From an uncultured virus (IMG/VR IMGVR_UViG_3300036712_000025) (lineage: Duplodnaviria > Heunggongvirae > Uroviricota > Caudoviricetes): DNA of 64,000 nucleotides. Within the stretch, counting starts at the first letter, position 1. Each line of letters begins with the position of its first letter. Location: the IMG/VR virus record IMGVR_UViG_3300036712_000025, one strand, 5' to 3'. Shown here one piece after another: positions 1 through 9,420 of this stretch. The notes beneath the pieces are model-generated. The model had not been told where the DNA came from and did no database searches. It saw nothing but the letters and a program-made list of their open reading frames with translations. Both the position numbers and the translations under genes were made by a program.

Positions 1-2
1 TC

Positions 3-797
3 ACTGAGACCTTCACCCGCCGAGCACGCACCAAGATCGACCTGCCGATCGAGGAGGTCATCCGCCCACCCTGGATCTGGGACGGTTGGCAGAACCTGAA
101 GATCGGCAAGACGTACATGCAGTTCTTCGGGACCAACGCGATCACCGACATCGATGGTTTCACCTCGTTGGAGCTGCTGTCCACCTACGAGGGTGCCGAC
201 ACGACCCTGGCGTTGGCCGAGACGAAGGAGGGGGTCACCTTCGGGGAGAAGAAGAAGCAGGAGTCGACGGACGAGTTCCTGAAGCGCATTTCCGAGCCGG
301 ACGATCCCACAGCTCCGCGGGAGAACAAGAAGACCAACGAGGACGTCAACTACGGGACCAGTGCTCAGAAGAAGGTGTCGGCCGCAGCCATCCTGACGAT
401 CGAGAAGGAGCGCACCATCGAGAACGCGGTGGACTACCTAGTGCGGGTCTACAGCTTCATCAAGCACTACGGCCTGGACGTCGGAGCGTTCATGCGCACC
501 TACACGTGGCGCCCGGTGGCCACCCTGCCGGAGATCTTGGGCTCGACTGACTTCTCCCTCACGGAGACCAGCCCGGGGAAGTACACGGCGTCTGGGATTG
601 AGGGGTTCCACAGCAGGGCATTCGGAGATGTGGAAGATCTGTTCGGTCTGGTAGATCCGAAAGTGAAGAAAGTCCTCGGATTGACGTCGGAAAAGAAGCA
701 CACCACCGCCAAGAAGCTGGATGTGCGCGCCAGGCGCCGGCAGGCGATCTGGGAGTACATGGACGAGCTTGGGAACTCCCGAGGCTTGCTGGGGTAA
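3..797 (+). CDS. C-terminal part of a hypothetical protein (5' truncated by the window), possibly virion-associated
   Basis: The frame of ORF 117..797 is open back to position 3 (TETFTRRARTKIDLPIEEVIRPPWIW...). Confidence 0.75.
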   Translation, partial: TETFTRRARTKIDLPIEEVIRPPWIWDGWQNLKIGKTYMQFFGTNAITDIDGFTSLELLSTYEGADTTLALAETKEGVTFGEKKKQESTDEFLKRISEPDDPTAPRENKKTNEDVNYGTSAQKKVSAAAILTIEKERTIENAVDYLVRVYSFIKHYGLDVGAFMRTYTWRPVATLPEILGSTDFSLTETSPGKYTASGIEGFHSRAFGDVEDLFGLVDPKVKKVLGLTSEKKHTTAKKLDVRARRRQAIWEYMDELGNSRGLLG

Positions 798-816
798 GTC
801 GTTGAGAGGTATAACA

Positions 817-1080
817 ATGGGCATGGATCATCTGCTCCCAGGCTTCTACGACGAGCTGACCAAGATCGCCATCAGCGTGAAGGATTCTCCCTTCAGGCAG
901 ACCCGTAGGGGGCGCAGACCGATTCGGGTCGAGACTCTCCTCAAGAAGGAGACGGCGTTCAAGCTACCCGACACAGCCGCGGTCAAGGCCCACGAGAAAG
1001 ACCCGCACGCTACCGAGGGGGACGCCAAGGACTACGAAGCCGAGGCCGGCTCTGGTTTCCAGGAAGGGCAGGAGGAGTGA
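817..1080 (+). CDS. Small tagged protein (FYDELTKIA), putative virion cargo
   Basis: GAGAGG RBS at 804-809 and ATG at 817 (alternative 823); MGMDHLLPGFYDELTKIAISVK... Confidence 0.8.
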   Translation: MGMDHLLPGFYDELTKIAISVKDSPFRQTRRGRRPIRVETLLKKETAFKLPDTAAVKAHEKDPHATEGDAKDYEAEAGSGFQEGQEE

Positions 1081-1081
1081 C

Positions 1082-1579
1082 ATGTACCCATCGTTCTTCG
1101 ACGAGCTGGTCAAGATCGCTGAGGAGGACACCAAAGAGCGCGTCATGCAAGGCTTCGTGAAGTCTCGTCCGTACGTGGCCGGAGCCATCAAGACCGGCCT
1201 CCCCGCTGCGCTCGTAGCCAAGACTGTTCTCGATAAGCCCTGGGTCACCCGTGCCGCCTTGCTAGGTGGGGCTGGGCTGGGCGTCGCCAATGAGGCCATC
1301 AAGCGGTGGGCGCAGAAGCACCCGCGTGGGAGTTTGGCCAAGGAGATCAAAAAGCAGGGGTCCGTCATCCGCAAGGTCGCCGCCATGGCCACGGACTTGC
1401 GGCGGACGGGGATCGGCGGTGTGAAGCGTCCACCCTTCCCCACCGAGGACAGCAAGCAGCAGGCGTTCCAGACGTTCCAGAACGCGCAGCAGCCGGGCAA
1501 GTTCACTACGCACACGCAGGCTAAGCACCTGCGGGGGCCAGGAGCGTCAATCCCACAGATCGCACCGCTGCCGAGGTAG
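1082..1579 (+). CDS. Tagged protein (FFDELVKIA) with Gly/Ala-rich hydrophobic segment, putative virion cargo
   Basis: GGAGGAG upstream; N-terminal tag; internal RKVAA; AALLGGAGLGV segment; basic composition. Confidence 0.85.
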   Translation: MYPSFFDELVKIAEEDTKERVMQGFVKSRPYVAGAIKTGLPAALVAKTVLDKPWVTRAALLGGAGLGVANEAIKRWAQKHPRGSLAKEIKKQGSVIRKVAAMATDLRRTGIGGVKRPPFPTEDSKQQAFQTFQNAQQPGKFTTHTQAKHLRGPGASIPQIAPLPR

Positions 1580-1582
1580 CTC

Positions 1583-2356
1583 TTGAACCCTGTGGACGAC
1601 TTCTTGGACTTCGCATCCGCGCTGGAGAAGCAGGCTGCAGCAGACCTGCGGAAGCGCCAGCAGCGCGAGTTCGAGATGTGGCAGCAGTGGAAGGACGGCG
1701 GCATGAAGAAGCAGCAGCTGCGCCCGCTGATCAAGTCGTTCCGCCCGCTCATCAACCACCGAGCCAACGTCTTCGCCGGCGGCAAGATCAGGGACATCCC
1801 GCCTGCGGCCATCAGGGCAGAGTTCACCAACCAGTTCGTATCCGCGCTCCAGACCTACGACCCCAACCGTGGGGCTGGGCTGGGGACGCACATCAGCCAC
1901 CACCTCAAGAAGGCCCAGCGGTTCATCACAACCTACCAGAATCCGGCCCGAATCCCGGAGAACCGTATCTATCGGATCCGGGAGCTCCAGGATGCGGAGA
2001 CCAGGTTGGATGAGCAGTATGGACGGGCACCGACACAGATCGAATTGGCTGATACCCTGAAGTGGTCACCGAAGCAGGTGGACATGCTGCAGCGGGAGGT
2101 GAGAAAGGCTCGGCCGACCAGTGCCTTCGAGAGCGACCCCTCGACGTTCACACCGTCGAGGCAGAAGGAGGTGTTGCGCTTGCTGCCGTATGATCTGAAC
2201 AGCGATGAGCGCGCTGTGTTCGAGCATCTCTACGGGGTTGGTGGGAAGCCGCGGCTTGGACCAGGCGCCATCGCCAGGAAGTTGGGGATGAGCGCACCCA
2301 AGGTTTCCCGCTTGAAACGATCGATCGCGGAGAAGTACTCAAAGTACTCAACATAA
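1583..2356 (+). CDS. RNA polymerase sigma-70-family factor (regions 2-4)
   Basis: Region 2-like YDPNRGAGLGTHI, RIPE, region 3-like GRAPTQIELADTLKWS, region 4 HTH LNSDERAVF...GAIARKLGMSAPKVSRLK; TTG start after GAGGT. Confidence 0.85.
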   Translation: MNPVDDFLDFASALEKQAAADLRKRQQREFEMWQQWKDGGMKKQQLRPLIKSFRPLINHRANVFAGGKIRDIPPAAIRAEFTNQFVSALQTYDPNRGAGLGTHISHHLKKAQRFITTYQNPARIPENRIYRIRELQDAETRLDEQYGRAPTQIELADTLKWSPKQVDMLQREVRKARPTSAFESDPSTFTPSRQKEVLRLLPYDLNSDERAVFEHLYGVGGKPRLGPGAIARKLGMSAPKVSRLKRSIAEKYSKYST

Positions 2357-2580
2357 TGGCGACTGACACAAGAAAGACCGAGCGCGACAAGCGTCTCACC
2401 GAGTTGAAGACGGCCACTACCAAGTGGGCGAACAAGGAGATCAAACGTCTTGAGGATGAGGCGAAGTTCCTCAAGTCGATCTTGAAAGGCCGAACTGGAG
2501 CCGGGAGGCTCACCAACCAGAACGTGGCTGACTCCTCCAAGCTGGTGGTCGATGAGATCGCCGAGTTCTTGGAGGGCTAA
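2356..2580 (+). CDS. Hypothetical protein
   Basis: TAATG overlap with the sigma gene; 74 aa, helical. Confidence 0.75.
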   Translation: MATDTRKTERDKRLTELKTATTKWANKEIKRLEDEAKFLKSILKGRTGAGRLTNQNVADSSKLVVDEIAEFLEG

Positions 2581-2593
2581 CGTGGAGGAGAAA

Positions 2594-3316
2594 ATGGATA
2601 CTCAGCAGGAAGAGGCCCTGGCCGAGGCCGGAGCCGAGAACATCAAGGAAGCGGTGGACACGGAGATCAAGCAGCATGCCGAGGAGACCGTCAAGGTGGC
2701 GAAGGAGATGGTCGAGGAGGAGAGCAACGCGGCCCGCATCGCCCAGCTCAAGGACGAGCTGGAACGTCTGGAGACCGGTCTCCCCAACGCCGGCGCCACC
2801 ATCCAGGCGCTCAAGGACAAGCAGCAGAAGATCCCCAGGCGCCCCCCAAACATGCCCCATGTGACGCCCGGGAATCCGGACGAGATCGCCCTGCAGGAGG
2901 CGAGCAAGTATGCGGGGGCCTTGGGCATGGCTCCCGGCATGGTGCCCGGGATGGGGATGCCGTCCATGGCCATGCCCCGCGGTCCCCAGGGTCCCACAGG
3001 TCCCCAGGGTCCCGTGGGTCCTCAGCGCCAAGTTCCCCGGCCCCCCGAGCAGCAGACACGGCCCAATCCCAGCAGCATCCAGCTCGACCCCAAGACGCTC
3101 ATCGAGGTCGAGCTGGTGTCTACCAAGAAGAGGTTGGCCGAGGCGAACGAGCGGCTTGCGTTGGTGGCCTTGAGCGACGCACGCAAGGCCAAGCTCGCAG
3201 CGGAGCAGCAGGAGGCTCAGCTGATGGTGCAGATCTCCAAGCACTACGGCGTCCAGCCCGGCAAGAACGTGCGGCTGATCGACAAGGAGAAGGGGATCTG
3301 CATGATCGAGGACTAG
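2594..3316 (+). CDS. Hypothetical coiled-coil protein with Pro/Gly/Met-rich linker
   Basis: GGAGGAG RBS and ATG at 2594; acidic coiled coil, short GPQGPTGPQGPVGPQ run. Confidence 0.8.
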   Translation: MDTQQEEALAEAGAENIKEAVDTEIKQHAEETVKVAKEMVEEESNAARIAQLKDELERLETGLPNAGATIQALKDKQQKIPRRPPNMPHVTPGNPDEIALQEASKYAGALGMAPGMVPGMGMPSMAMPRGPQGPTGPQGPVGPQRQVPRPPEQQTRPNPSSIQLDPKTLIEVELVSTKKRLAEANERLALVALSDARKAKLAAEQQEAQLMVQISKHYGVQPGKNVRLIDKEKGICMIED

Positions 3317-3724
3317 ATGGCTGTAACGGTCAGAAAACGCGCGCAGGCCGAGTTCGTCATCGCTGACTGCCTAGCGTCAAATGCGGTGGGGGACATGGTG
3401 CGCGTTTCGGCGGACGAGATCGCCGGGATCTATCAGGTCTCGGACATGAACATCTTGAACGTCTCGCCACATCTGCCAGTTGGTATGATCACGCGGAAGC
3501 TGACAGCTACACGGTGTGCGGTGCAGGTAGGAGGTGAGGTGAAGGGTGTCTATGCCGGGCTCACGCCCGGCAAGCAGCTCTTCATCAACAACTTGTCCAG
3601 GCTCTCACACGTGGTTCCATCGCACCCTGTAGCTGGTGTAACATGGATTCACCCCGCAGCTTTGGCGCTATCATCAACGACGGTCTTGTTGCGGATGCAG
3701 GTGCCGGTGAGAATGAACGCATAG
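3317..3724 (+). CDS. Putative capsid decoration/cement-like protein
   Basis: AVGDMVRV...VGMI...GLTPGKQLFI pattern resembles the C-terminal domain of 4241..5713 (AIGDAV...VIGVA...TAGQAYYL). Confidence 0.55.
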   Translation: MAVTVRKRAQAEFVIADCLASNAVGDMVRVSADEIAGIYQVSDMNILNVSPHLPVGMITRKLTATRCAVQVGGEVKGVYAGLTPGKQLFINNLSRLSHVVPSHPVAGVTWIHPAALALSSTTVLLRMQVPVRMNA

Positions 3725-3737
3725 TGGAGGATGCGAG

Positions 3738-4214
3738 ATGGCTAGACGAAAGCAGTGTAAGGAGAAAGGCTGCAGAAAGAGCCGTGCCGAGGGCTCTGAC
3801 TTCTGCCAGCTGCACATGACAGTGGCTGCGCCAGAACCCCAGGAGTCCAAGGGCGGGAACGGTGTAGGAATCGACCCTGTGTTTGTTGAGGACAACGTCC
3901 AGAAGCTGACGGAAGCGGAGTTGGACAAGTTCAACCTGCTGCGGCTGAAGATGGAGCGCAATCTGCAGCAGATCAGGATCCTGGAGCTTGAGCAGGAGAG
4001 GGCGGACAGGGAGTACGTGGCGGAGAAGCACAACAGGGAGACGCACCTCAACACGCTGCGGGGGTTGAACGCCCCCCTCAATACCGAGTACCTCGCCCAC
4101 GTGCGAGAGATCGCTAAGAAGTACAAGATCCACCCGGACTTTCTGGGTATCAACGATGACACTGGGGTCCTTCAGGACCTCAGACCAATTCAGGAGGAAG
4201 TTGAGCCGGGATGA
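3738..4214 (+). CDS. Hypothetical protein, N-terminal C-C-C-H cluster plus coiled coil
   Basis: GGAGG RBS; CKEKGC...FCQLH. Confidence 0.75.
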   Translation: MARRKQCKEKGCRKSRAEGSDFCQLHMTVAAPEPQESKGGNGVGIDPVFVEDNVQKLTEAELDKFNLLRLKMERNLQQIRILELEQERADREYVAEKHNRETHLNTLRGLNAPLNTEYLAHVREIAKKYKIHPDFLGINDDTGVLQDLRPIQEEVEPG

Positions 4215-4240
4215 TCGGCTAATCTTCCAGGAGGAGCAAG

Positions 4241-5713
4241 ATGGCACTTCGAATCCCGCTCGCCATGAACCAGACCGAAGGGTTCATGGAGGAAGTTCCC
4301 TCTGGGGACACCACAGATCTGCGCGCAGGCGCGAGCGTCGCTGGGGATATCAACTACTCCAGCGGTGGTGAGCCGCGAGGTCTCCCGGCCACGCCAACAG
4401 CGTCCGACGCGGCGGCCTCCAAGGCCTACGTCGATGCTGTGGCCGCGGGCCTGAACCCGCGGCCTCATGTCCGTGTGGCAGGTAACGAGGACTTCGACGC
4501 CTTCACGCCTGGGGGCGGCCCGGGCGTGGGTGCTACTCTGACTTCTCCCACCACGGCTGTGACCGAGAACGACGTCGATGGCGTGACCGTCGCTGTCGGA
4601 GACCGCGTCCTGGTGAAGGACTACGGCGCTACCAGCGCGAACGTGGAGAACGGCATCTACGAGGTGACTCAGCTCGCCGACGGTGCCTCAGCCAGCATGA
4701 TCATGACCAGGGCCACGGACTTCGACGAGAGTGCCGAGGTCAACCAGGGCGACTCGGTCTTCGTGGCCGAGGGTACGGTCAACGCCAAGAGGACCTACGC
4801 CCTGATCACCCCCGACCCGATCACCATCGATGTGACGGCGCAGGAGTGGGCGGTCGTCAGCGGTCCCGGCTTCCTGACGGCCGGTGCTGGTCTGCTCGAC
4901 ACCACCAACACCTGGTCGGTCGAGCTGCACACGGTGGCTGCTGCGACGGGCGGCGGCACGGGCGGCGGGTCCTCGGGTCTGGAGTTCGACGTCACCGGCG
5001 ACAGCGGCAAGCTCCGCGCCGCGGTCAGCGCCACCGGTGCTCTGCAGCGTGCGGCCGATGGTCTGGCCGTCAAGCTGGAGGCTACCAACCCCTCTCTCCA
5101 GGTCGTCGCGAACGAGCTGGGGGTCAAGATCGACCCGGCTGGGGCGCTCCAGAAGATCGCCGCCGGTCTGGGCGTGAAGCTGGAAGCCACCAACCCGTCC
5201 CTCGAGATCACCGGCTCCAACGAGCTGTCGGTCAAGGAGGATGGGAACCGGGGTCTGGCTACGGACGGCACCGGCCTGTACGTCAAGGTCAACGGTACCT
5301 CGATCACCTTCAACGGCTCTGGGCAGCTCCAGGTCGGCGCCGCCCCGGCCAGTCGGGTCAGCGCGGACTACGCGGTTGGTGAGGCCATCGCCATCGGCGA
5401 TGCCGTGAACTGGAGTGCCACGAACGACCGGATCGAGAAGAGCCGGGCGGACACCGACGCCAAGGCGCGCGTCATCGGTGTTGCCGAGACCGCGCAGGGG
5501 ACCGTGGGGCAGAACTCCACGATCGTCTCGCACGGCCCCTGCGTCGGCTCCATCACTACGGCCACAGCGGGGCAGGCGTACTACCTGCAGGCCACTGGTG
5601 GCATCGGCACGTCGCTGCCGGGCGCAGGGGACCGTGTCGTGCAGGTCGGTATCGCCAAGAACGCCTCCGATCTGTTCGTCCGTGTCGTGGACTACGGTAA
5701 GAAGGCAGCGTAG
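4241..5713 (+). CDS. Virion fiber/decoration protein with shaft repeats
   Basis: DAAASKAYVD, DGVTVAVGDRVLVKD...ENGIY...RATDFD motifs typical of phage fiber proteins; repeated GL[AG]VKLEATNPSL; cement-like C-terminal domain. Confidence 0.75.
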   Translation: MALRIPLAMNQTEGFMEEVPSGDTTDLRAGASVAGDINYSSGGEPRGLPATPTASDAAASKAYVDAVAAGLNPRPHVRVAGNEDFDAFTPGGGPGVGATLTSPTTAVTENDVDGVTVAVGDRVLVKDYGATSANVENGIYEVTQLADGASASMIMTRATDFDESAEVNQGDSVFVAEGTVNAKRTYALITPDPITIDVTAQEWAVVSGPGFLTAGAGLLDTTNTWSVELHTVAAATGGGTGGGSSGLEFDVTGDSGKLRAAVSATGALQRAADGLAVKLEATNPSLQVVANELGVKIDPAGALQKIAAGLGVKLEATNPSLEITGSNELSVKEDGNRGLATDGTGLYVKVNGTSITFNGSGQLQVGAAPASRVSADYAVGEAIAIGDAVNWSATNDRIEKSRADTDAKARVIGVAETAQGTVGQNSTIVSHGPCVGSITTATAGQAYYLQATGGIGTSLPGAGDRVVQVGIAKNASDLFVRVVDYGKKAA

Positions 5714-5775
5714 CATCCGCATGAGGCGGCAGGCGTAGCGGCAGCTCCCTGCCGCCTCTAGCGGCAGAGGAGCAA

Positions 5776-6354
5776 ATGCCAGCGAATCCTGACAGCCTGG
5801 AGATCGTCCAGCTAGAAAAGCAGGAATCAGCTGCTCTCGGTGGAGACGCAGGCGATGAAGCTCCGTACGCCGCACCTATCGACCCTACTGAAGATATAAT
5901 CGAGGTCGCAGGCGTCACCTTCGTAGAGTCCGGTGATACTCGCCCCATTCGCACGCGTGCCATCTGGCCTGACGGCAATGATCTCCGCTTCCGCGACCCC
6001 AACAATCCCGGTAGTGGCAAAACGCTGACGGAGTTGGCAGCCTCGGCTGGTGGCGGCATCACCGAGGGACAGCACGAAGTTCTCGACACCCTAGTTCACT
6101 GGCTGGCAGAGACCAACTACCAGGAAATCGTGCGGTCAGGAGGTCGGGTCTCCAACGTCATCAACTGGACCGACTCAGGGAAGACCACCAAGGTTCGTGA
6201 GTTGGTGCTGACCCGCACCCCGGGTCCACAGGTTTCGCAGGTGGACCTGATCCAGTACGATGCCTCTGGCGTTGAGAAGCAACGGTTAACGGGAGTGATT
6301 TCCAGGACGAGCGGTAAGGTCTCGTCCATCCAGTGGACGGAGACTGTCTCATGA
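5776..6354 (+). CDS. Hypothetical virion protein
   Basis: GAGGAG RBS; 192 aa; within the structural operon. Confidence 0.75.
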   Translation: MPANPDSLEIVQLEKQESAALGGDAGDEAPYAAPIDPTEDIIEVAGVTFVESGDTRPIRTRAIWPDGNDLRFRDPNNPGSGKTLTELAASAGGGITEGQHEVLDTLVHWLAETNYQEIVRSGGRVSNVINWTDSGKTTKVRELVLTRTPGPQVSQVDLIQYDASGVEKQRLTGVISRTSGKVSSIQWTETVS

Positions 6355-7328
6355 GCTTCTTTGTAGTTGAAGTAGACAACGAAGGGTTCAAAGTCTACGA
6401 CTCCGCCGGAAATCTGATCGACCCTGCGAAGGATTCTTCGGTCCAGTCTTTGCTGACCACGCTTAATGCCATCAAGGACACCGACGGCATCAAGAAGATC
6501 ACCGACGCCTTGCCAACCGGAGATAACTGGATCGGCAAGACCAAGGTAGGCGACGGCACCAACGTCGCAGATGTCCTGGACTCCGGCGGTGTGAAGCGCC
6601 TGCGGGTTGAAGCGTCTCAGCCGGCAGGCGAATTGCACAACGTAGTGCTCTACGACTCTGCCGGGCATCCAGTTGGAGTGGTGCTAGATGGCGCGGTCTA
6701 TCGCATACAGGCCGATGCCAAGGTCGCAAAGGGTGCAAGCGACTTGGTGCATCTGGAGGCGTTGGACACGGTTTCGGGAATGGGGAGGCTGAAGGCGACG
6801 ATCTATACGCCCGATGACGACGCAGTATCCTTCACCGCTGTTCCTCCCAACCCAGCGTCGATCCGAAACGACTTCGTACGAGAGCCTGGTGACTCAGCGG
6901 ATCTGTTGGTAGACGGTAGCGGCACCCCCGTCGTATTCACCTACGACGCTGATACCACGTACGACATCTCCATCCAGGAGGTGAAGTTCGTCCTGGTGTC
7001 AAATTCGATCACGTTCGGCTCCGACTACTTTGGAGCGACAGCGGGTCCGCTGACTAACGGATTGCTGGTAGAGATCATCAGCGACGGCAACACGGGTACG
7101 CTCGGCAACATCAGGCAGAACGAAGGCTTCGTGAACTTCGCGTCTCCTGGCGGGTTCGACTGGGTGGTGTCATCGAAGGATATGATCTACGCCACGTACC
7201 TGATCGGAGGTGGCCTGAAGCTGAAGGCCGGAACCACAGACAAGGTTCGAGTCACGGTGCGCGACGACATCGACGCGGCAGGTGTGTACCTCCGGTGCTT
7301 CGTCAAGGGCAACCTGCTAGGAGTGTGA
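6351..7328 (+). CDS. Hypothetical virion protein
   Basis: ATGA overlap at 6351-6354; acidic and beta-rich. Confidence 0.75.
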   Translation: MSFFVVEVDNEGFKVYDSAGNLIDPAKDSSVQSLLTTLNAIKDTDGIKKITDALPTGDNWIGKTKVGDGTNVADVLDSGGVKRLRVEASQPAGELHNVVLYDSAGHPVGVVLDGAVYRIQADAKVAKGASDLVHLEALDTVSGMGRLKATIYTPDDDAVSFTAVPPNPASIRNDFVREPGDSADLLVDGSGTPVVFTYDADTTYDISIQEVKFVLVSNSITFGSDYFGATAGPLTNGLLVEIISDGNTGTLGNIRQNEGFVNFASPGGFDWVVSSKDMIYATYLIGGGLKLKAGTTDKVRVTVRDDIDAAGVYLRCFVKGNLLGV

Positions 7329-7331
7329 CCC

Positions 7332-8015
7332 ATGCCGACTAGAGTAGATGGAACAGTCAACGTAGTCGCCATTCTTGAGCCGGGGCTCGTGAAGGACGAC
7401 GGCGGACTATCCATTGCCATCCTTCGGTTCAACTACGAGTTGGATGGGGTCCGCCAGACGTTTGCTGGAGCTATCGGGCAAGGCATCACGGACGACTCGT
7501 GGAACTGGGTCTATCTGGACTATGACGGCAGCCTGAACATCAACACCACGGGCTTCCCGACGACCACGCACATTCGATTGGCCAAGGTCCGGGCGGACAA
7601 CGGGGCCATCGTCTCGATCAACGATGAGCGTGTGCTCCTGGCCGCGGGCATCGACAAGACGATCCACGAGGCCACGGCTGAAGGGCAGGACAGCACTGGC
7701 TCCGATGAGTGGCAGCAGAAGCTCCGTCTGTCCTTGAACGGGCTACCTGACGGCAAGTATGTCGTCCAGTGGTACTGCGAGCTGCGGCACAGCAACAACA
7801 CGGCAACCGAGCGATCGGAGATGCGGGTCGAGGTCAACGACATGACTGAACTTGGCTACAGCATGTGGCCGTACAACCTCTACGAGGATGCTGGTGGGTG
7901 CGCTTTCGCAGATCTGTCAGCCGGTGACTACACCATCGACCTCGACTTCCGTCAGCAAGGCGGCGGCACGGCCTACATCCGCAGGGCACGGCTCCTGTTC
8001 TGGAGGATCTCATGA
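7332..8015 (+). CDS. Hypothetical virion protein
   Basis: 227 aa, abutting neighbours, beta-sandwich-like C-terminus. Confidence 0.75.
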   Translation: MPTRVDGTVNVVAILEPGLVKDDGGLSIAILRFNYELDGVRQTFAGAIGQGITDDSWNWVYLDYDGSLNINTTGFPTTTHIRLAKVRADNGAIVSINDERVLLAAGIDKTIHEATAEGQDSTGSDEWQQKLRLSLNGLPDGKYVVQWYCELRHSNNTATERSEMRVEVNDMTELGYSMWPYNLYEDAGGCAFADLSAGDYTIDLDFRQQGGGTAYIRRARLLFWRIS

Positions 8016-9124
8016 GCGCCACCAAGTACAGCTACTCGATCAACGACGACTTCCCCAACCAGGCCCTGTTCGAGGACCGACTGGCGCAGGAGATCGTGGC
8101 CAGTGCGATCACCATCGCCTTCGACTACATCAGCACGTCCGGGGACGTGTGCGACATCTGGTTCAAAGACGAACTGCCTTCGGCAGACCAGACGGTGCTG
8201 GATGGCCTGGTCGCGGCGCACTCCGGAGCGGTTCTCCCGGAGCAGGCGCTCCAGGTCACCACCAGCAAGAAGGCGTCCGATGGGAGTCCCCTCTTCGTCA
8301 CGCGCAAGCCCGACGCCCCAAAGCTCACGCTGATCACTCCCAACTGGTGTGACCCCACAACGTGGTACCAGGCTTCGGTCTATGTCGAGGACGAGGTGGC
8401 CACGGACAGCGGCGACCACACGACCTACAACCTCCAGCACCAGAACGTCATCGACACCTACCATGGCAAGATCACTTTCGAGGACTCGCTCAAGGACTCG
8501 GAGGGCCGGAGCTACCGGGTCACGGTCAAAGTCGACGACGTGGAGAAGACCGAGCAGGACCCGCATCTCGGCTCTGGTGGGGATTTCACGGTGGACTACG
8601 CCGGAGGCACGGTGACCTTCGGCTCGTCCCTGGCAGGGACGGAGGTGGTGAAGGTCACGCACCACTACGCCGACGGCAGCACGTTCATCGTGGCGCCGAC
8701 GGCCGGGAAGATGCTCCTGATCGAGAAGGTCGAGGTCCAGTTCTCAGGCGACATCGAGATGAACGACACGGTGGTCTTTCAAGCCTATGGGCTGGTGGAC
8801 GTGTTCGCTCCGCAGCTGATACCAGGGATTCCCAGCGGGACCAAGATTCCACTCGGCGATCCGCTCAAGTACAAGACGCTCTCCGATCTGCTCAACGACT
8901 CGAACCATGCCTACCCTGCCTACCCGGCGGTTGGTGGCTCGAACTGGAGAGCACTGAAGCAGGCGGCGTACGTCTTCTCGTGGGGGTACGATGTCGGAAC
9001 TACCATGCTCATCGCCAGCTACGGCATGGAGATCCACATCAGCCTGGAGCACGACGTCCCGAACTCCGGGGCGTTCGCCACGGCTGCACTCTACTGCACG
9101 AGCGAGGATGAGGTCCTTTCATGA
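8012..9124 (+). CDS. Hypothetical virion protein
   Basis: ATGA overlaps at both ends; DFTVDYAGGTVTF motif seen in phage structural proteins. Confidence 0.75.
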   Translation: MSATKYSYSINDDFPNQALFEDRLAQEIVASAITIAFDYISTSGDVCDIWFKDELPSADQTVLDGLVAAHSGAVLPEQALQVTTSKKASDGSPLFVTRKPDAPKLTLITPNWCDPTTWYQASVYVEDEVATDSGDHTTYNLQHQNVIDTYHGKITFEDSLKDSEGRSYRVTVKVDDVEKTEQDPHLGSGGDFTVDYAGGTVTFGSSLAGTEVVKVTHHYADGSTFIVAPTAGKMLLIEKVEVQFSGDIEMNDTVVFQAYGLVDVFAPQLIPGIPSGTKIPLGDPLKYKTLSDLLNDSNHAYPAYPAVGGSNWRALKQAAYVFSWGYDVGTTMLIASYGMEIHISLEHDVPNSGAFATAALYCTSEDEVLS

Positions 9125-9420
9125 GCCCGATCTTCGACTGGTGGATTCTGCCGCACATCGCGTTGCCCATCTGGCTGGCCTCTGCCATCCACGCCAAGTG
9201 GGAGCCTCGGTGGTGGGTCCACGTCATCATGTGGCTGGTGTACTCCTACGGCTGGGAGATCCCTGAGCACTTCATGCAGCGAGCCTGGCCGGAGACCTGG
9301 GTCGTCATCGAGCACCCGCTCAACGCCTGGGTGATGGATCCTCTCTCGAACGGCGTTGGTTGGCTCATTGGTGCGCTTGTGGGACGCTGGTCTAAGAACC
9401 GCAAGCGGGCCAAGACATGA
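9121..9420 (+). CDS. Small Trp-rich membrane protein
   Basis: Three hydrophobic segments with conserved-looking H, WE and D residues. Confidence 0.75.
   Translation: MSPIFDWWILPHIALPIWLASAIHAKWEPRWWVHVIMWLVYSYGWEIPEHFMQRAWPETWVVIEHPLNAWVMDPLSNGVGWLIGALVGRWSKNRKRAKT

Noticed and set aside
786..815. TTGCTG-N18-TATAAC promoter before the first tagged gene
   Set aside because: Weak -35, and the element overlaps the RBS region; cannot be supported without TSS data.
2981..3025. Collagen-like G-P-x repeats
   Set aside because: Only five triplets; too short to call a collagen fiber.
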